Shown here one piece after another: positions 44,070-53,439 of a DNA stretch of 55,150 nt. Numbering within the stretch: the stretch's first letter is position 1; each line of letters opens with the position of its first letter. The position numbers were made by a program, and so were the translations under genes. Source of the DNA: Gammaproteobacteria bacterium (lineage in GTDB: Bacteria; Pseudomonadota; Gammaproteobacteria; Pseudomonadales; Azotimanducaceae); contig PBVL01000058.1 in NCBI GenBank assembly GCA_002728675.1, forward strand, positions 2,232 to 57,381, read 5' to 3'. The notes beneath the pieces were generated by a model that was not told where the DNA came from, did no database searches, and saw only the letters and a list, made by a program, of their open reading frames with translations.

Positions 44070-45436
44070 ATGATTTCGAAGTAGCGCGACAGCTGCCAGT
44101 CATTCACGTGACGCTCGTACTCACGCACTTCCCAGTCTCTGCTCGCGGCGTAGTGATCGACGAAGACGTCACCGAAAATCTCGCGCGCCACGTCAGAAGC
44201 GGCAAAGTCCCGCGCAGCTTCCTTCAGTGAGCCCGGCAGTTGGCGCGCGGCAGGAAGATTGTCCTGCTGCTCGTAGGCGTTGCCGACCAGCGGCGGCGGC
44301 AGCTCGAGTTCCTCACGGATTCCCTTCAACCCTGCGCCGATGGTGGCGGCTGCCACCAGGTACGGATTCGCGTCCGCAGACCCGATGCGAAATTCCATGC
44401 GCTGAGCCTTCTCGCCGCGAATGACCCGGAGCGCACACGTCCGGTTTTCGACGCCCCAGGTCGCGGCAGTCGGTGCCCACGCACCTTTCACCAGACGCGT
44501 ATAGCTGTTGATCGTCGGCGCGTAGACGGCGAGGAGTTCCCGGAGGTACGTGACGACGCCCGCAACGTAGTGCCGCATCGTCTTCGACATGGAGTGCTCG
44601 TCCGCATCATCGAAGAACAGATTGCTGCCGTCTGGCGCAACGAGGGATTGATGGCAGTGCCCGCTCTGACCCGGGTAGGCCATCGACCACTTCGCCATGA
44701 ACGTCGCGAGCATCTCGCGCCGCTGAAAGAACGTCTTGGCGAAGGTCTTGAACAACACCGCCTGGTCAGCGCCCGCGGCCGCCGCATCCGCACTGATTGC
44801 CGCTTCCCACACGCCCGGGCCGGTCTCGCAATGCAGCCCTTCAAGGGGCATGCCAAGCTCAATGCAGTAGTCCATGAACTCGTTGAAGAGTTCGCCGTAG
44901 GTATTCGCTCGCAGCACTGAATAGCCGAAGTTGCCCGGCGAGAGCGGCACAAGGTCACGATAATGTTTGTCCCGGGCAGTCTGGGCAGTTTCTCGAAAGA
45001 CGAAAAACTCGTACTCGAACCCGAGTTTCGCCGAGAACCCGAGCGATTCCGCATCCTGCAGTACATGCGCAAGGCGTGAGCGTGGGCATACCGGATGCAG
45101 GTCGTCATCTCCGGCCCCCACGAACTGACCTATGAAGAAAGGCACGCCGGCTTCGTCCGCGAGTCTGCGCTCGCTTGCAAGGTCAAGGCGGTATGGCGCG
45201 TCCGGGAACGCCGTATGCCAGCCGGTGACGGTCGCGTTGTCGTACAGTTGGTCGTCGACGTCCCAACCGAGCACACAGTCACAGAATCCCGACGTGCCGC
45301 CCGCAATGGAGGCAAACTTGTCGAGGCTGATGTACTTGCCACGCAACACGCCGTCGACGTCGCAGATTCCGAGCTTGACCCGCCTGACACCCTCCTCGCG
45401 GTATCGGGCGATCAGCGCGTCGCCGCTCGTCTCCAT
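44066..45436 (-). CDS. glutamine synthetase family protein (gamma-glutamyl-amine synthetase-like, PuuA/IpuC type)
   Basis: 456-aa ORF. GS catalytic-domain motifs (FEYEFF, HCETGPGVWE, NPYL) with a short N-terminal beta-grasp. Confidence 0.9.
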   Translation of the reverse strand: METSGDALIARYREEGVRRVKLGICDVDGVLRGKYISLDKFASIAGGTSGFCDCVLGWDVDDQLYDNATVTGWHTAFPDAPYRLDLASERRLADEAGVPFFIGQFVGAGDDDLHPVCPRSRLAHVLQDAESLGFSAKLGFEYEFFVFRETAQTARDKHYRDLVPLSPGNFGYSVLRANTYGELFNEFMDYCIELGMPLEGLHCETGPGVWEAAISADAAAAGADQAVLFKTFAKTFFQRREMLATFMAKWSMAYPGQSGHCHQSLVAPDGSNLFFDDADEHSMSKTMRHYVAGVVTYLRELLAVYAPTINSYTRLVKGAWAPTAATWGVENRTCALRVIRGEKAQRMEFRIGSADANPYLVAAATIGAGLKGIREELELPPPLVGNAYEQQDNLPAARQLPGSLKEAARDFAASDVAREIFGDVFVDHYAASRDWEVREYERHVNDWQLSRYFEII

Positions 45437-47253
45437 CAGCTTGCTCCTGTCGGTGTATCAGACCCCGTAGCGGCCCCCGACCGCGCGGCGTCATCCACCG
45501 CGGCGCCAATGCCACGACGCGTGGGTATCCGGATGCTCTCGACCATCGCCTGCACTTCGGCGGGTGGGGGCGGTGTCACGCGCATCACGAGGGCAGATAC
45601 CGCGAAGTTCAGCAGCATGCCGAGCGTGCCGATACCCTCCGGCGAAATGCCGAAGAGCCAGTATTCGGCGTTGTTCTGTTCGGGCGCGACAAACTTGAAG
45701 TAGACGATGTAGCAGAACGTGAAGGCGAGTCCCGTCACCATGCCGGCAATCGCCGCCTCTTTGTTCATGCGCTTCGAGAAGATGCCGAGCAGAATCACCG
45801 GGAAGAAACTCGCTGCCGCGAGCCCAAACGCAAAAGCAACCACCTGGGCAACGAAGCCCGGCGGATAGATGCCGAACAGACCGGCGACTTCCACCGCAAC
45901 CGCCGCGGCGATCCGCGCAAACATCAGTTCCTGGCGTTCGCTGATTTGCGGCATCAGCGTCATTTTGAGCAGATCGTGGGATACCGCCGTCGATATGACC
46001 AGCAGCAAGCCGGCCGCCGTGGACAGCGCGGCCGCCAGTCCACCCGCCGCGACCAGCGCGATCACCCAGTTCGGCAGGCGCGCAATCTCCGGATGCGCCA
46101 ACACGATGATATCGCGATCCACGTACAACTCGTTGGCGTTGGGATTGGCCTGGTTGGCGAGCAGGCGTTCACCCGTCTCTCCGCGCTCGCCCGTGAAGGA
46201 GGGCGCGCCGGAAAATGCCGTGCCGCCACGATACTGCACCACCCCGTCGGCGTTCTTGTCCAGCCAGGCGATCAGATTGCTGTCCTCCCATTTGATGAAC
46301 CACTCCGGAGCATCCGTGTATGAGAGACCGTCGACGTTGTCGATGATGTTGATCCGGGCGAACGCGGCTACCGCCGGCGCGGTCGTATAGAGCAAAGCGA
46401 TGAAGACCAGCGCGTAACCCGCCGAGATGCGCGCGTCGCGCACCTTGGGCACCGTGAAGAAACGCACGATCACGTGGGGCAGTCCGGCCGTGCCCGCCAT
46501 CAATGCCGCCGTGATGAAGAACATGTCGACGGTGCTCTTGCTGCCTTCGGTAAAGGCGTCCATCCCGAGTTCAGTCGTCAGGCCGTCGAGCTTGTCGAGC
46601 AGGTAAACGCCGGAGCCATCCGCAACCGTGCTGCCAAACCCGAACATTGGCAGCGGATTACCCGTAAGCTGGATGGAAATGAAGATCGCCGGGACGAGGT
46701 AGGCAAAAATCAGCACGCAGTACTGCGCCACCTGGGTATAGGTGATGCCCTTCATGCCGCCCATGACGGCGTAGAAGAAAACGATCGCCATGCCGATGAC
46801 CACACCCGTGTTGATGTCGACCTCGAGGAAGCGGGAAAAGACGACCCCCACGCCCCGCATCTGGCCCGCGACGTAGGTGAAGCTGATGAAGATGACGCAC
46901 AGCACCGCAACCAGGCGTGCCGTATGTGAGTAGTATCGGTCACCCACAAAGTCCGGCACTGTGAACTTCGCAAACTTGCGCAGGTAGGGCGCTAGCAGCA
47001 GCGCGAGAAGCACGTACCCACCCGTCCAGCCCATGAGATACCGGGCGCCGTCAGCCCCTTCGAACGCAATGATGCCCGCCATTGACAGGAACGAGGCGGC
47101 CGACATCCAGTCCGCCGCAGTCGCGGCACCATTGGCGAGGGGGTGGACGTGCGCACCCGCGACGTAGAACTCGTTCGTGGACGCAGAACGGCTCCAGATC
47201 GCGATGCCGATGTAGAGCGCGAAGGACAGACCCACGAATACGTAGGTCATCAT
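45436..47253 (-). CDS. sodium:solute symporter (SSS) family, ActP-like cation/carboxylate symporter
   Basis: ORF 45436-47277 (TTG); ATG 47253 gives MMTYVFVGLSFALYIGIAIW... AADWMSAASFLSMAG and RYTVPDF-like FTVPDFVGDRY motifs. The stop overlaps the GS-like start by 1 nt (TGATG). Confidence 0.9.
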   Translation of the reverse strand: MMTYVFVGLSFALYIGIAIWSRSASTNEFYVAGAHVHPLANGAATAADWMSAASFLSMAGIIAFEGADGARYLMGWTGGYVLLALLLAPYLRKFAKFTVPDFVGDRYYSHTARLVAVLCVIFISFTYVAGQMRGVGVVFSRFLEVDINTGVVIGMAIVFFYAVMGGMKGITYTQVAQYCVLIFAYLVPAIFISIQLTGNPLPMFGFGSTVADGSGVYLLDKLDGLTTELGMDAFTEGSKSTVDMFFITAALMAGTAGLPHVIVRFFTVPKVRDARISAGYALVFIALLYTTAPAVAAFARINIIDNVDGLSYTDAPEWFIKWEDSNLIAWLDKNADGVVQYRGGTAFSGAPSFTGERGETGERLLANQANPNANELYVDRDIIVLAHPEIARLPNWVIALVAAGGLAAALSTAAGLLLVISTAVSHDLLKMTLMPQISERQELMFARIAAAVAVEVAGLFGIYPPGFVAQVVAFAFGLAAASFFPVILLGIFSKRMNKEAAIAGMVTGLAFTFCYIVYFKFVAPEQNNAEYWLFGISPEGIGTLGMLLNFAVSALVMRVTPPPPAEVQAMVESIRIPTRRGIGAAVDDAARSGAATGSDTPTGAS

Positions 47254-47310
47254 TTGGACTGACACGGTTCCCCCCAATTCACATCATTACCCGCGGGCGC
47301 GCCAAAGACG

Positions 47311-47583
47311 TCACTCGTCGACGTCGAACTCGCGATCCAGGCGGTTCATCCGCCAGACGTAGATGAAGATCAGGGCAACGAAGACGAAGATTGACCCCTG
47401 CTCTGCAAACCAGAAGCCGAGCTTGAAGCCGAAGAAGCGGAACTGGTCAAGCCAGTCGACGAGCAGGATGCCGCAGACGAAAGACACGCTAAACCAGACA
47501 GCAAGCAGCGAGAGCATCAGGCGCAGATTTGCCCGCCAGTACGCCGCCGCCTTGTCCTGAGCGCTGTTTGTCTCGTCTGCCAT
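47311..47583 (-). CDS. DUF4212 small membrane subunit of the SSS symporter
   Basis: 90-aa ORF with two TM helices. YWRANLRL...FGFKLGFWFAEQGSI..FV.LIFIY is the DUF4212 pattern. Lies 33 nt upstream of the symporter gene. Confidence 0.85.
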   Translation of the reverse strand: MADETNSAQDKAAAYWRANLRLMLSLLAVWFSVSFVCGILLVDWLDQFRFFGFKLGFWFAEQGSIFVFVALIFIYVWRMNRLDREFDVDE

Positions 47584-47694
47584 GTTGTCCGGCCGTCACC
47601 CCGTGTTGCGGCTTCACTCTACCGGAAACACTGGTGCCCTGCGCGGACGCAAATGACCCGCCTCGCGGGAGGCACTACACCGACGCTGAACCTC

Positions 47695-49215
47695 TCAGTC
47701 GAACAGCGAGGACGCGGGGGGCGGTTCTTCCGGAGGCTTCGACTTCTTCGGCAGTTCGATCAGATTGCGTGGCAGGGACTTGCTCACAACAGCCCCCAGT
47801 TCCCGCATGGATTCGGCACGCCGCACGAGACTGCCTCTGCCCGAGGCCAGCTTGTTGTGGGCTTTATCGTAGGCATCCTGGACGGAACCAATGCGGCGCC
47901 CCACCTCTTCGAGATCCTTCACGAAGTTGACGAACTTGTCGTACAACGCGCCGGCACGACGGGCAATTTCCTGGGCGTTCCGATTCTGATGTTCGTAGCG
48001 CCAGATGTTCTGAATGGTGCGCAGCGTGGCGAGGAGCGTCGATGGAGATACGATCACGATGTTCTGCTCGAACGCGTCCGAAAAGATTCCGGAGTCTTCC
48101 TGCACCGCCAGAGTAAACGCCGCCTCAATCGGCACGAACATCAATACGAAGTCGAGGGATCTCAGGTTCGGAACCTGCTGGTATTCCTTCTCGGACAAGC
48201 GTCGAAGGTGGGTTCGCACTGCTGCGATGTGCGCCTTCAGCGCACTCGCCCGCACCTCGGGATCGTCTGACGAGCAGTAGCGCTCGTAGGAATCGAGCGA
48301 CACCTTGGCATCGACGATCACGTCTTTGCCTTCCGGCAGATGGACCAGCACGTCCGGCTGTCGTCTGCGTCCGTCTTCCGAACGGAGATTGACCTGCACC
48401 TCGTACTCTCCCCCCCGCGTGAGGCCGGATTTCTCGAGAATACGCTCGAGGATGACCTCGCCCCAGGTTCCCTGGGTCTTGTACTGACCCTTGAGGGCGT
48501 TGGTAAGGTTGATCGCATCTTTGCTGATACGGGCGTTCAGCCCCTGGAGGTTCTGTAGCTCCGTCATCAGGGAATGCCGTTCACGCCGCTCGGTGTTGTA
48601 GGTATCCTCCACGCGCTTCTCGAAGTCACGAATGCGCTCGCCGAGCGGCTTCAGCAGCGACTCCACCTGCTCGTGGTTCTCGCGTTTGAAGACCGTTTTC
48701 TTATCTTCGAATATTTCGTTGGCGAGATTCTTGAATTCGGTCTGCAGGGACTCGCGGGCGCCTTCGAGCACGGCCAGCTTTTCTTCCGCCCTGGAGCGCT
48801 CGCCCTCGAGGGCTGTCTGCAGTTGCACGACGCGCTGCCTGAGCGCGGTGTTCTGCGCAACCGCCTCGGACAGGTTGCCTTCGACCTTCTGCAGCCGAAC
48901 CTCGCTCGCCGCAAGGCGTTCACGCAGCTGTCCGTTCAGACTCCGCTGCTCCGCCTCCGCCGCAAGCAGTCTGGCTAGTTCTGCGTCTTTGGCCTCGGAG
49001 AGCCGAATGAGATCGGCCACTCGAGCCGAGGTCTCGGTGGCTTCATTTGTCTGCGCTTCGAGGCGGGTCTCGAGCACGGCCTCCCGGCCGTCGAATGCGA
49101 GGCGCTCCGCGGCGAGGCTTCTGCGCCAGGCAAGGACGAGCGACACGAGTCCGCACGCAAGGAGCAGACAGGTGACAACGAGACCAATTTCGAGCGGAGT
49201 AGCGGCGAGAGCCAC
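47695..49215 (-). CDS. rmuC: DNA recombination protein RmuC
   Basis: 506-aa ORF. N-terminal TM, long coiled coil, C-terminal nuclease-like domain with QGTWGEVILERILE and DVLV.LP..K.VIVDAK motifs. Confidence 0.9.
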   Translation of the reverse strand: MALAATPLEIGLVVTCLLLACGLVSLVLAWRRSLAAERLAFDGREAVLETRLEAQTNEATETSARVADLIRLSEAKDAELARLLAAEAEQRSLNGQLRERLAASEVRLQKVEGNLSEAVAQNTALRQRVVQLQTALEGERSRAEEKLAVLEGARESLQTEFKNLANEIFEDKKTVFKRENHEQVESLLKPLGERIRDFEKRVEDTYNTERRERHSLMTELQNLQGLNARISKDAINLTNALKGQYKTQGTWGEVILERILEKSGLTRGGEYEVQVNLRSEDGRRRQPDVLVHLPEGKDVIVDAKVSLDSYERYCSSDDPEVRASALKAHIAAVRTHLRRLSEKEYQQVPNLRSLDFVLMFVPIEAAFTLAVQEDSGIFSDAFEQNIVIVSPSTLLATLRTIQNIWRYEHQNRNAQEIARRAGALYDKFVNFVKDLEEVGRRIGSVQDAYDKAHNKLASGRGSLVRRAESMRELGAVVSKSLPRNLIELPKKSKPPEEPPPASSLFD

Positions 49216-49320
49216 GTGACGATCGCCTGAATTCTAGAACTGACCCCCACAGTCTAACGGAATTCATGGGGTCGGGATATGGCGACCATCCTCCATGTCC
49301 AATCTACGAAGCTCCAGCCG

Positions 49321-50175
49321 TCAGTGCATCAGGGTGAACATCCGACGACGATACGCTGTCGCGACCGGATTCCCTTTGCCAAGCAGGTCGAACACCTTGA
49401 TCATCGTCGTGCGCGCGGCTTCTTCGCTCCACTCCTTGTCGCGCGACATGATCTCCAGTAACTGATCGAGTGCGGGCTCGATCTGATCGTTCACGATCAG
49501 CGCAATCGCAAGATCAAAGCGTGCCTGGAGGTTCCCTGAGTCCTCCGCAACCGCCGCCTGCAGTACGTCAGGCGCACCCAGCTCGCCGGCAAGCTCGATG
49601 AACTCCAGGCGGCTCCTGGGCTTCGCAATCCCCTCGGCGTCAGCGGGAATCGCCTCGAGGATCTGCTTCGCCTCGTCCGCCCGGCCGGCCATGATGAGCA
49701 GGTCACACAGTTCTGTGTGCAGACCGTAGTTCTTCGGTTCTTCGCCAATGGCCTGCTGCAGCATCGCCATCGCGCCTTCCCTGTCGCCAATGCCCAGCAG
49801 CCGGTCAATCTCCTCGCGGATCCGCTCCATCGGGCTCATCGTGACCTGATCGAGCAATTCCCGGAGCGTTGCCTCTTCGATCGGTCCTTCGAGACTCTGC
49901 GCGAGTTGGCCCTGGAAGACGAGCTTCAGCGTCGGCAGCGTGCGAACCTGAAGCTGCTGGACGAGTTGCTGGTTCTCCTGAATGTCGACGCGGCCGAGGA
50001 TGAACTTGCCCGCGTAGTGCTCGGCCAGCTTCACCAGCACCGGAGTCAGCGCCGCTGACTGCTCGGCGCCCTCGGCGTAGAACTCCAGGAGCACGGGCGT
50101 GGTGCGGGACTTCTCCCCGACCTCCGTCTGGAAGTTCTGCATCGTGACGTCGATGACATGGGGCAAGGCGCTCAT
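49321..50175 (-). CDS. cnoX: thioredoxin-domain/TPR co-chaperone YbbN (CnoX)
   Basis: 284-aa ORF. N-terminal thioredoxin fold without CxxC (LLEFYAEGAEQS) and C-terminal TPR-like helices. Confidence 0.8.
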   Translation of the reverse strand: MSALPHVIDVTMQNFQTEVGEKSRTTPVLLEFYAEGAEQSAALTPVLVKLAEHYAGKFILGRVDIQENQQLVQQLQVRTLPTLKLVFQGQLAQSLEGPIEEATLRELLDQVTMSPMERIREEIDRLLGIGDREGAMAMLQQAIGEEPKNYGLHTELCDLLIMAGRADEAKQILEAIPADAEGIAKPRSRLEFIELAGELGAPDVLQAAVAEDSGNLQARFDLAIALIVNDQIEPALDQLLEIMSRDKEWSEEAARTTMIKVFDLLGKGNPVATAYRRRMFTLMH

Positions 50176-50253
50176 GATCGGTTCCGGAGGCTCGTGGGCA
50201 AGGGCGCCACGTTACCGACCCAGCGTCCCGGTCGCAAGAACGCAGGGGACGAT

Positions 50254-51087
50254 TCAGATCAGACCCGCTGCCTGGGACGCCTGATCCTCTGCTGCGGACC
50301 CTGTACGCGCGTCCGCACCCACCTCCGAACGAAGGTCAATCCAGCCAAGCCCTGCCTCCTGCTCGGCAATCAGCAGCGAGCCCGCCCAGTCCCCCAGCGC
50401 GCCCGACACGACCCGCCGCGCAATGTCCGGCAGGTTGTTCTGCTCGCTGATATGCGAGATGACGAGATGGCGCAGGCGGGACCTGTCGACCTTGCTCAGC
50501 AGGAATGCAGCCTGCTCGTTGTTGAGGTGCCCCATGAGGCCGCCGACGCGCTGTTTGAGAGTATACGGATACGGCCCCCGGGTCAGCATGCCGACGTCGT
50601 GATTGCACTCGAGCATGAGCGCGTCGCAATCCGCGTAGCGCTCGGCCACGTGTGGAGTGATGTGCCCGAGGTCGGTCAGTATGCCGACGCGAAACGCCTC
50701 ATTACTCAGCACATACTGGAGCGGTTCACGCGCGTCGTGGGGCACTGTGACCGGCTCAATCCGGAACGCGCCCACCTGACAGGCGTCGTGACCGCTGACG
50801 ATGTTCACGCTCGGCATCAGACCAAAGGCGCAGGCATCCAGCGTGCCGTGACTGAGATAGACGGGAACATCGTACTTGCGGGCAAAGGGTGCAACGCCGT
50901 GAACGTGATCCGCGTGTTCGTGAGTCACGAACACAGCTGCGATCTGGCTTGGGTCGAGTGACAGGCGCCGCAACCGGCGTTCGGTTTCCTTCAGGGTGAA
51001 GCCAAGGTCCACGAGCAACGTCGTGGCGCCAGCCTGAACGATCGTTCCGTTGCCGTTGCTGCCGCTACCGAGAGACCCTACACGCAT
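50254..51087 (-). CDS. MBL-fold metallo-hydrolase
   Basis: 277-aa ORF. LGSGSNGN...LVDLG and THEHADHVHG motifs. Confidence 0.85.
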   Translation of the reverse strand: MRVGSLGSGSNGNGTIVQAGATTLLVDLGFTLKETERRLRRLSLDPSQIAAVFVTHEHADHVHGVAPFARKYDVPVYLSHGTLDACAFGLMPSVNIVSGHDACQVGAFRIEPVTVPHDAREPLQYVLSNEAFRVGILTDLGHITPHVAERYADCDALMLECNHDVGMLTRGPYPYTLKQRVGGLMGHLNNEQAAFLLSKVDRSRLRHLVISHISEQNNLPDIARRVVSGALGDWAGSLLIAEQEAGLGWIDLRSEVGADARTGSAAEDQASQAAGLI

Positions 51088-51172
51088 GCCGCGACCGTAC
51101 CAGAAAACCGGCTTCGAGACGATCGCGAACGCGCTTGTGCGGACCAGAATTCAAGACCTGGCCCCACGGTCA

Positions 51173-52315
51173 TCAGCTCGAGAACTGCTTGATGATCTTG
51201 AGCAGTTTCTCGGCGATCAGCGGATCGGCAAGCTCGGTGTCACGCCCGTGCACACTGACGTGGACTTCCTCGCCGCTGGTCGCGAGATGCAGGCGATATT
51301 TCTTGCTCTCGTCGATCTTCGGCCCACCGCCGAACAGGCGCCGAAGAAAACCGGGCGCCTCGATGAACGTGTCATCGTAGTAGACGTAGAAGACGCGCGA
51401 ACTGCGATCGAGATCTTCGATGGGAATCCTTGCGTTCTGCAATGCACCGTTGACGGTTGCCCACGCGCGATCAAAGTCCAGTTGGTACTTCAGCACGGGT
51501 TTCTCCCGATCCGGCACAACCTGCGCCCGGTCCGCCCGAAGCTCCGCCGCCATCCGCGAGAACACAACCGTTTCGTTGATCGTTGCGCCAAGCTGGAACG
51601 CGAGCGAGTTCAGGAACTGATGCTCGACACGCACGTTGTCCGAGGGCACGTGCCATACCGCACTGCGCGACGGCTGGTACTCGGCGAGCGGAACTTCCTG
51701 CTGGCGAACATGCAGCTCGGTGCTTTGTGGCCTGATTCCGGGCTCGAGCCGGATCAGGAAGCGGTTGCGCACCGATGCCCCCGGGTCGGCCCAGCTCGTG
51801 CCGGACACGATGCTGTCCACAACCTGCTCCGCATCGCCCTCGGCACTGATGATCCAGGCGGTCTCGATCAACCCGCGGCGGGGGTTCGCCGATATGACCG
51901 GCACGTTGCTCGCCTCGCACCACGCCATGATCTTCGGCCACACGATGGCCGGCGGTGCATCGACGAACAGCCAGTGATCGTCGCCCAGCTTCTTGATGAC
52001 GACCTGATCGACGCCCGCGCTCGACAGCGGTTCGGGGAGCTCGAGTTCGAACGTCTGGCCAGCAATGCCGCGCGAGTCCCGGACTTCCGGAATCTCCATG
52101 AGCGCGATGAACGTCGGTTGGTCCAGATGTCCCGGGATCGACGACTCCGGTTCAGACCGCGCTTGGAGATACTCGTCCTTCTTGTTCGTGATGCCGAGAT
52201 AGCTGCAACCGCCGAGGCTCGCCATCAGCAGCGCTCCCGTCAGCAGGCGCGGCAACAAAGAGCGGCAGTGACCCCGGCTCGAATGCGGGCTGGGTTGGGC
52301 GTGTAGCGCGCTCAT
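51173..52315 (-). CDS. bamC: outer-membrane protein assembly factor BamC (lipoprotein)
   Basis: 380-aa ORF. Lipobox LGGC, BamC-like helix-grip region (PPAIVWPKIMAWCEASNVPV), and the conserved position downstream of dapA. Confidence 0.75.
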   Translation of the reverse strand: MSALHAQPSPHSSRGHCRSLLPRLLTGALLMASLGGCSYLGITNKKDEYLQARSEPESSIPGHLDQPTFIALMEIPEVRDSRGIAGQTFELELPEPLSSAGVDQVVIKKLGDDHWLFVDAPPAIVWPKIMAWCEASNVPVISANPRRGLIETAWIISAEGDAEQVVDSIVSGTSWADPGASVRNRFLIRLEPGIRPQSTELHVRQQEVPLAEYQPSRSAVWHVPSDNVRVEHQFLNSLAFQLGATINETVVFSRMAAELRADRAQVVPDREKPVLKYQLDFDRAWATVNGALQNARIPIEDLDRSSRVFYVYYDDTFIEAPGFLRRLFGGGPKIDESKKYRLHLATSGEEVHVSVHGRDTELADPLIAEKLLKIIKQFSS

Positions 52316-52333
52316 GCAATCCTCTTTTTTCGG

Positions 52334-52357
52334 GCAATCACGGTTCGTGCAATCACG
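52334..52357. repeat. tandem 9-nt direct repeat GCAATCACG x2 (15-nt period) just upstream of bamC
   Basis: 52334-52342 and 52349-52357 are identical. They lie 19-42 nt upstream of the bamC ATG in the 213-nt dapA-bamC spacer. Confidence 0.4.
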
Positions 52358-52528
52358 TGCGGCGGCGGGCGAACGCCTGTTTGGACCGCCCGGGGTGTGC
52401 TTTGGTTCCGAAACGACTCACTCCGGGACCCGTCCCCGACGCCCCCGTCCGCGAGCGCAGCGACGAGGTTCCATCGCACAATGCGGCCATCGAGACACCT
52501 GTACTCCAGCGACAAGATACGGACAGCG

Positions 52529-53407
52529 CTAGTTGAGTGCGCCGGCCTGACGCAGCGCATCCCTGACAGGCTCGTGATACTGCTCCGACAGTTCGGTCAG
52601 CGGCAGGCGGATGCCTGCGGGCACCTTGCCCATTTCCATCAGCGCCCACTTCACGGGGATCGGGTTCGCTTCGAGGAACAGGCGCTCGTGCAGCGCCATC
52701 AGAGGCGCATTAAGCCTGTTCGCCGTAGCTGCATCCCCCGCGACCGCCGCATCGACCACTTCGGACATCTGCTTTGGCACCACGTTCGCCGTCACGCTGA
52801 TCGTACCGAGCGCGCCGTTCAGCATGAGATCGACGGACGTCGCATCGTCACCCGACAGGACGATCACGTCCCCGTCACACTGATCCAGAATGTCCTTTGA
52901 GCGCTGAATGTCACCGGTCGCTTCCTTGATCCCGATGATGTTCGGCAGCTTGCAGAGCCGCGCGACCGTTTCGGGCAACATGTCGCAGGCGGTCCGCCCC
53001 GGCACGTTGTAGAGGACCTGTGGAATGTCGACCGTCTCGGCGATCAGCTTGTAGTGCTGGTATAGGCCTTCCTGCGTCGGCTTGTTGTAATAGGGCGTGA
53101 CCAGCAGGCATGCGTCGGCCCCCGCCTGTTTTGCCTCACTTGTCAGGTGGACCGCTTCGGCAGTCGCGTTCGCACCGGTGCCCGCGATGACGGGCACGCG
53201 GCCCGCAACCCTGCTCACCACCCGTTTGATGACGTCAAGGTGTTCCTCAGGATTGAGCGTGGCGGACTCTCCGGTCGTACCCACTGGCACGATGCCGTGC
53301 GTCCCGCTCTCGATGTGCCAATCCACCAGTGCGTCAAGGACTTCCCAGTCAACGCTGCCGTCCGCTTGCATGGGTGTGATCAGCGCAACAATGCTGCCTC
53401 TAATCAT
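52529..53407 (-). CDS. dapA: 4-hydroxy-tetrahydrodipicolinate synthase
   Basis: 292-aa ORF. GSIVALITPM, GTTGESATL and the catalytic-Lys region IIGIKEATG. Confidence 0.95.
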   Translation of the reverse strand: MIRGSIVALITPMQADGSVDWEVLDALVDWHIESGTHGIVPVGTTGESATLNPEEHLDVIKRVVSRVAGRVPVIAGTGANATAEAVHLTSEAKQAGADACLLVTPYYNKPTQEGLYQHYKLIAETVDIPQVLYNVPGRTACDMLPETVARLCKLPNIIGIKEATGDIQRSKDILDQCDGDVIVLSGDDATSVDLMLNGALGTISVTANVVPKQMSEVVDAAVAGDAATANRLNAPLMALHERLFLEANPIPVKWALMEMGKVPAGIRLPLTELSEQYHEPVRDALRQAGALN

Positions 53408-53439
53408 CGAATGGACCCCGGGCCGTAGAAAACGCGCGA

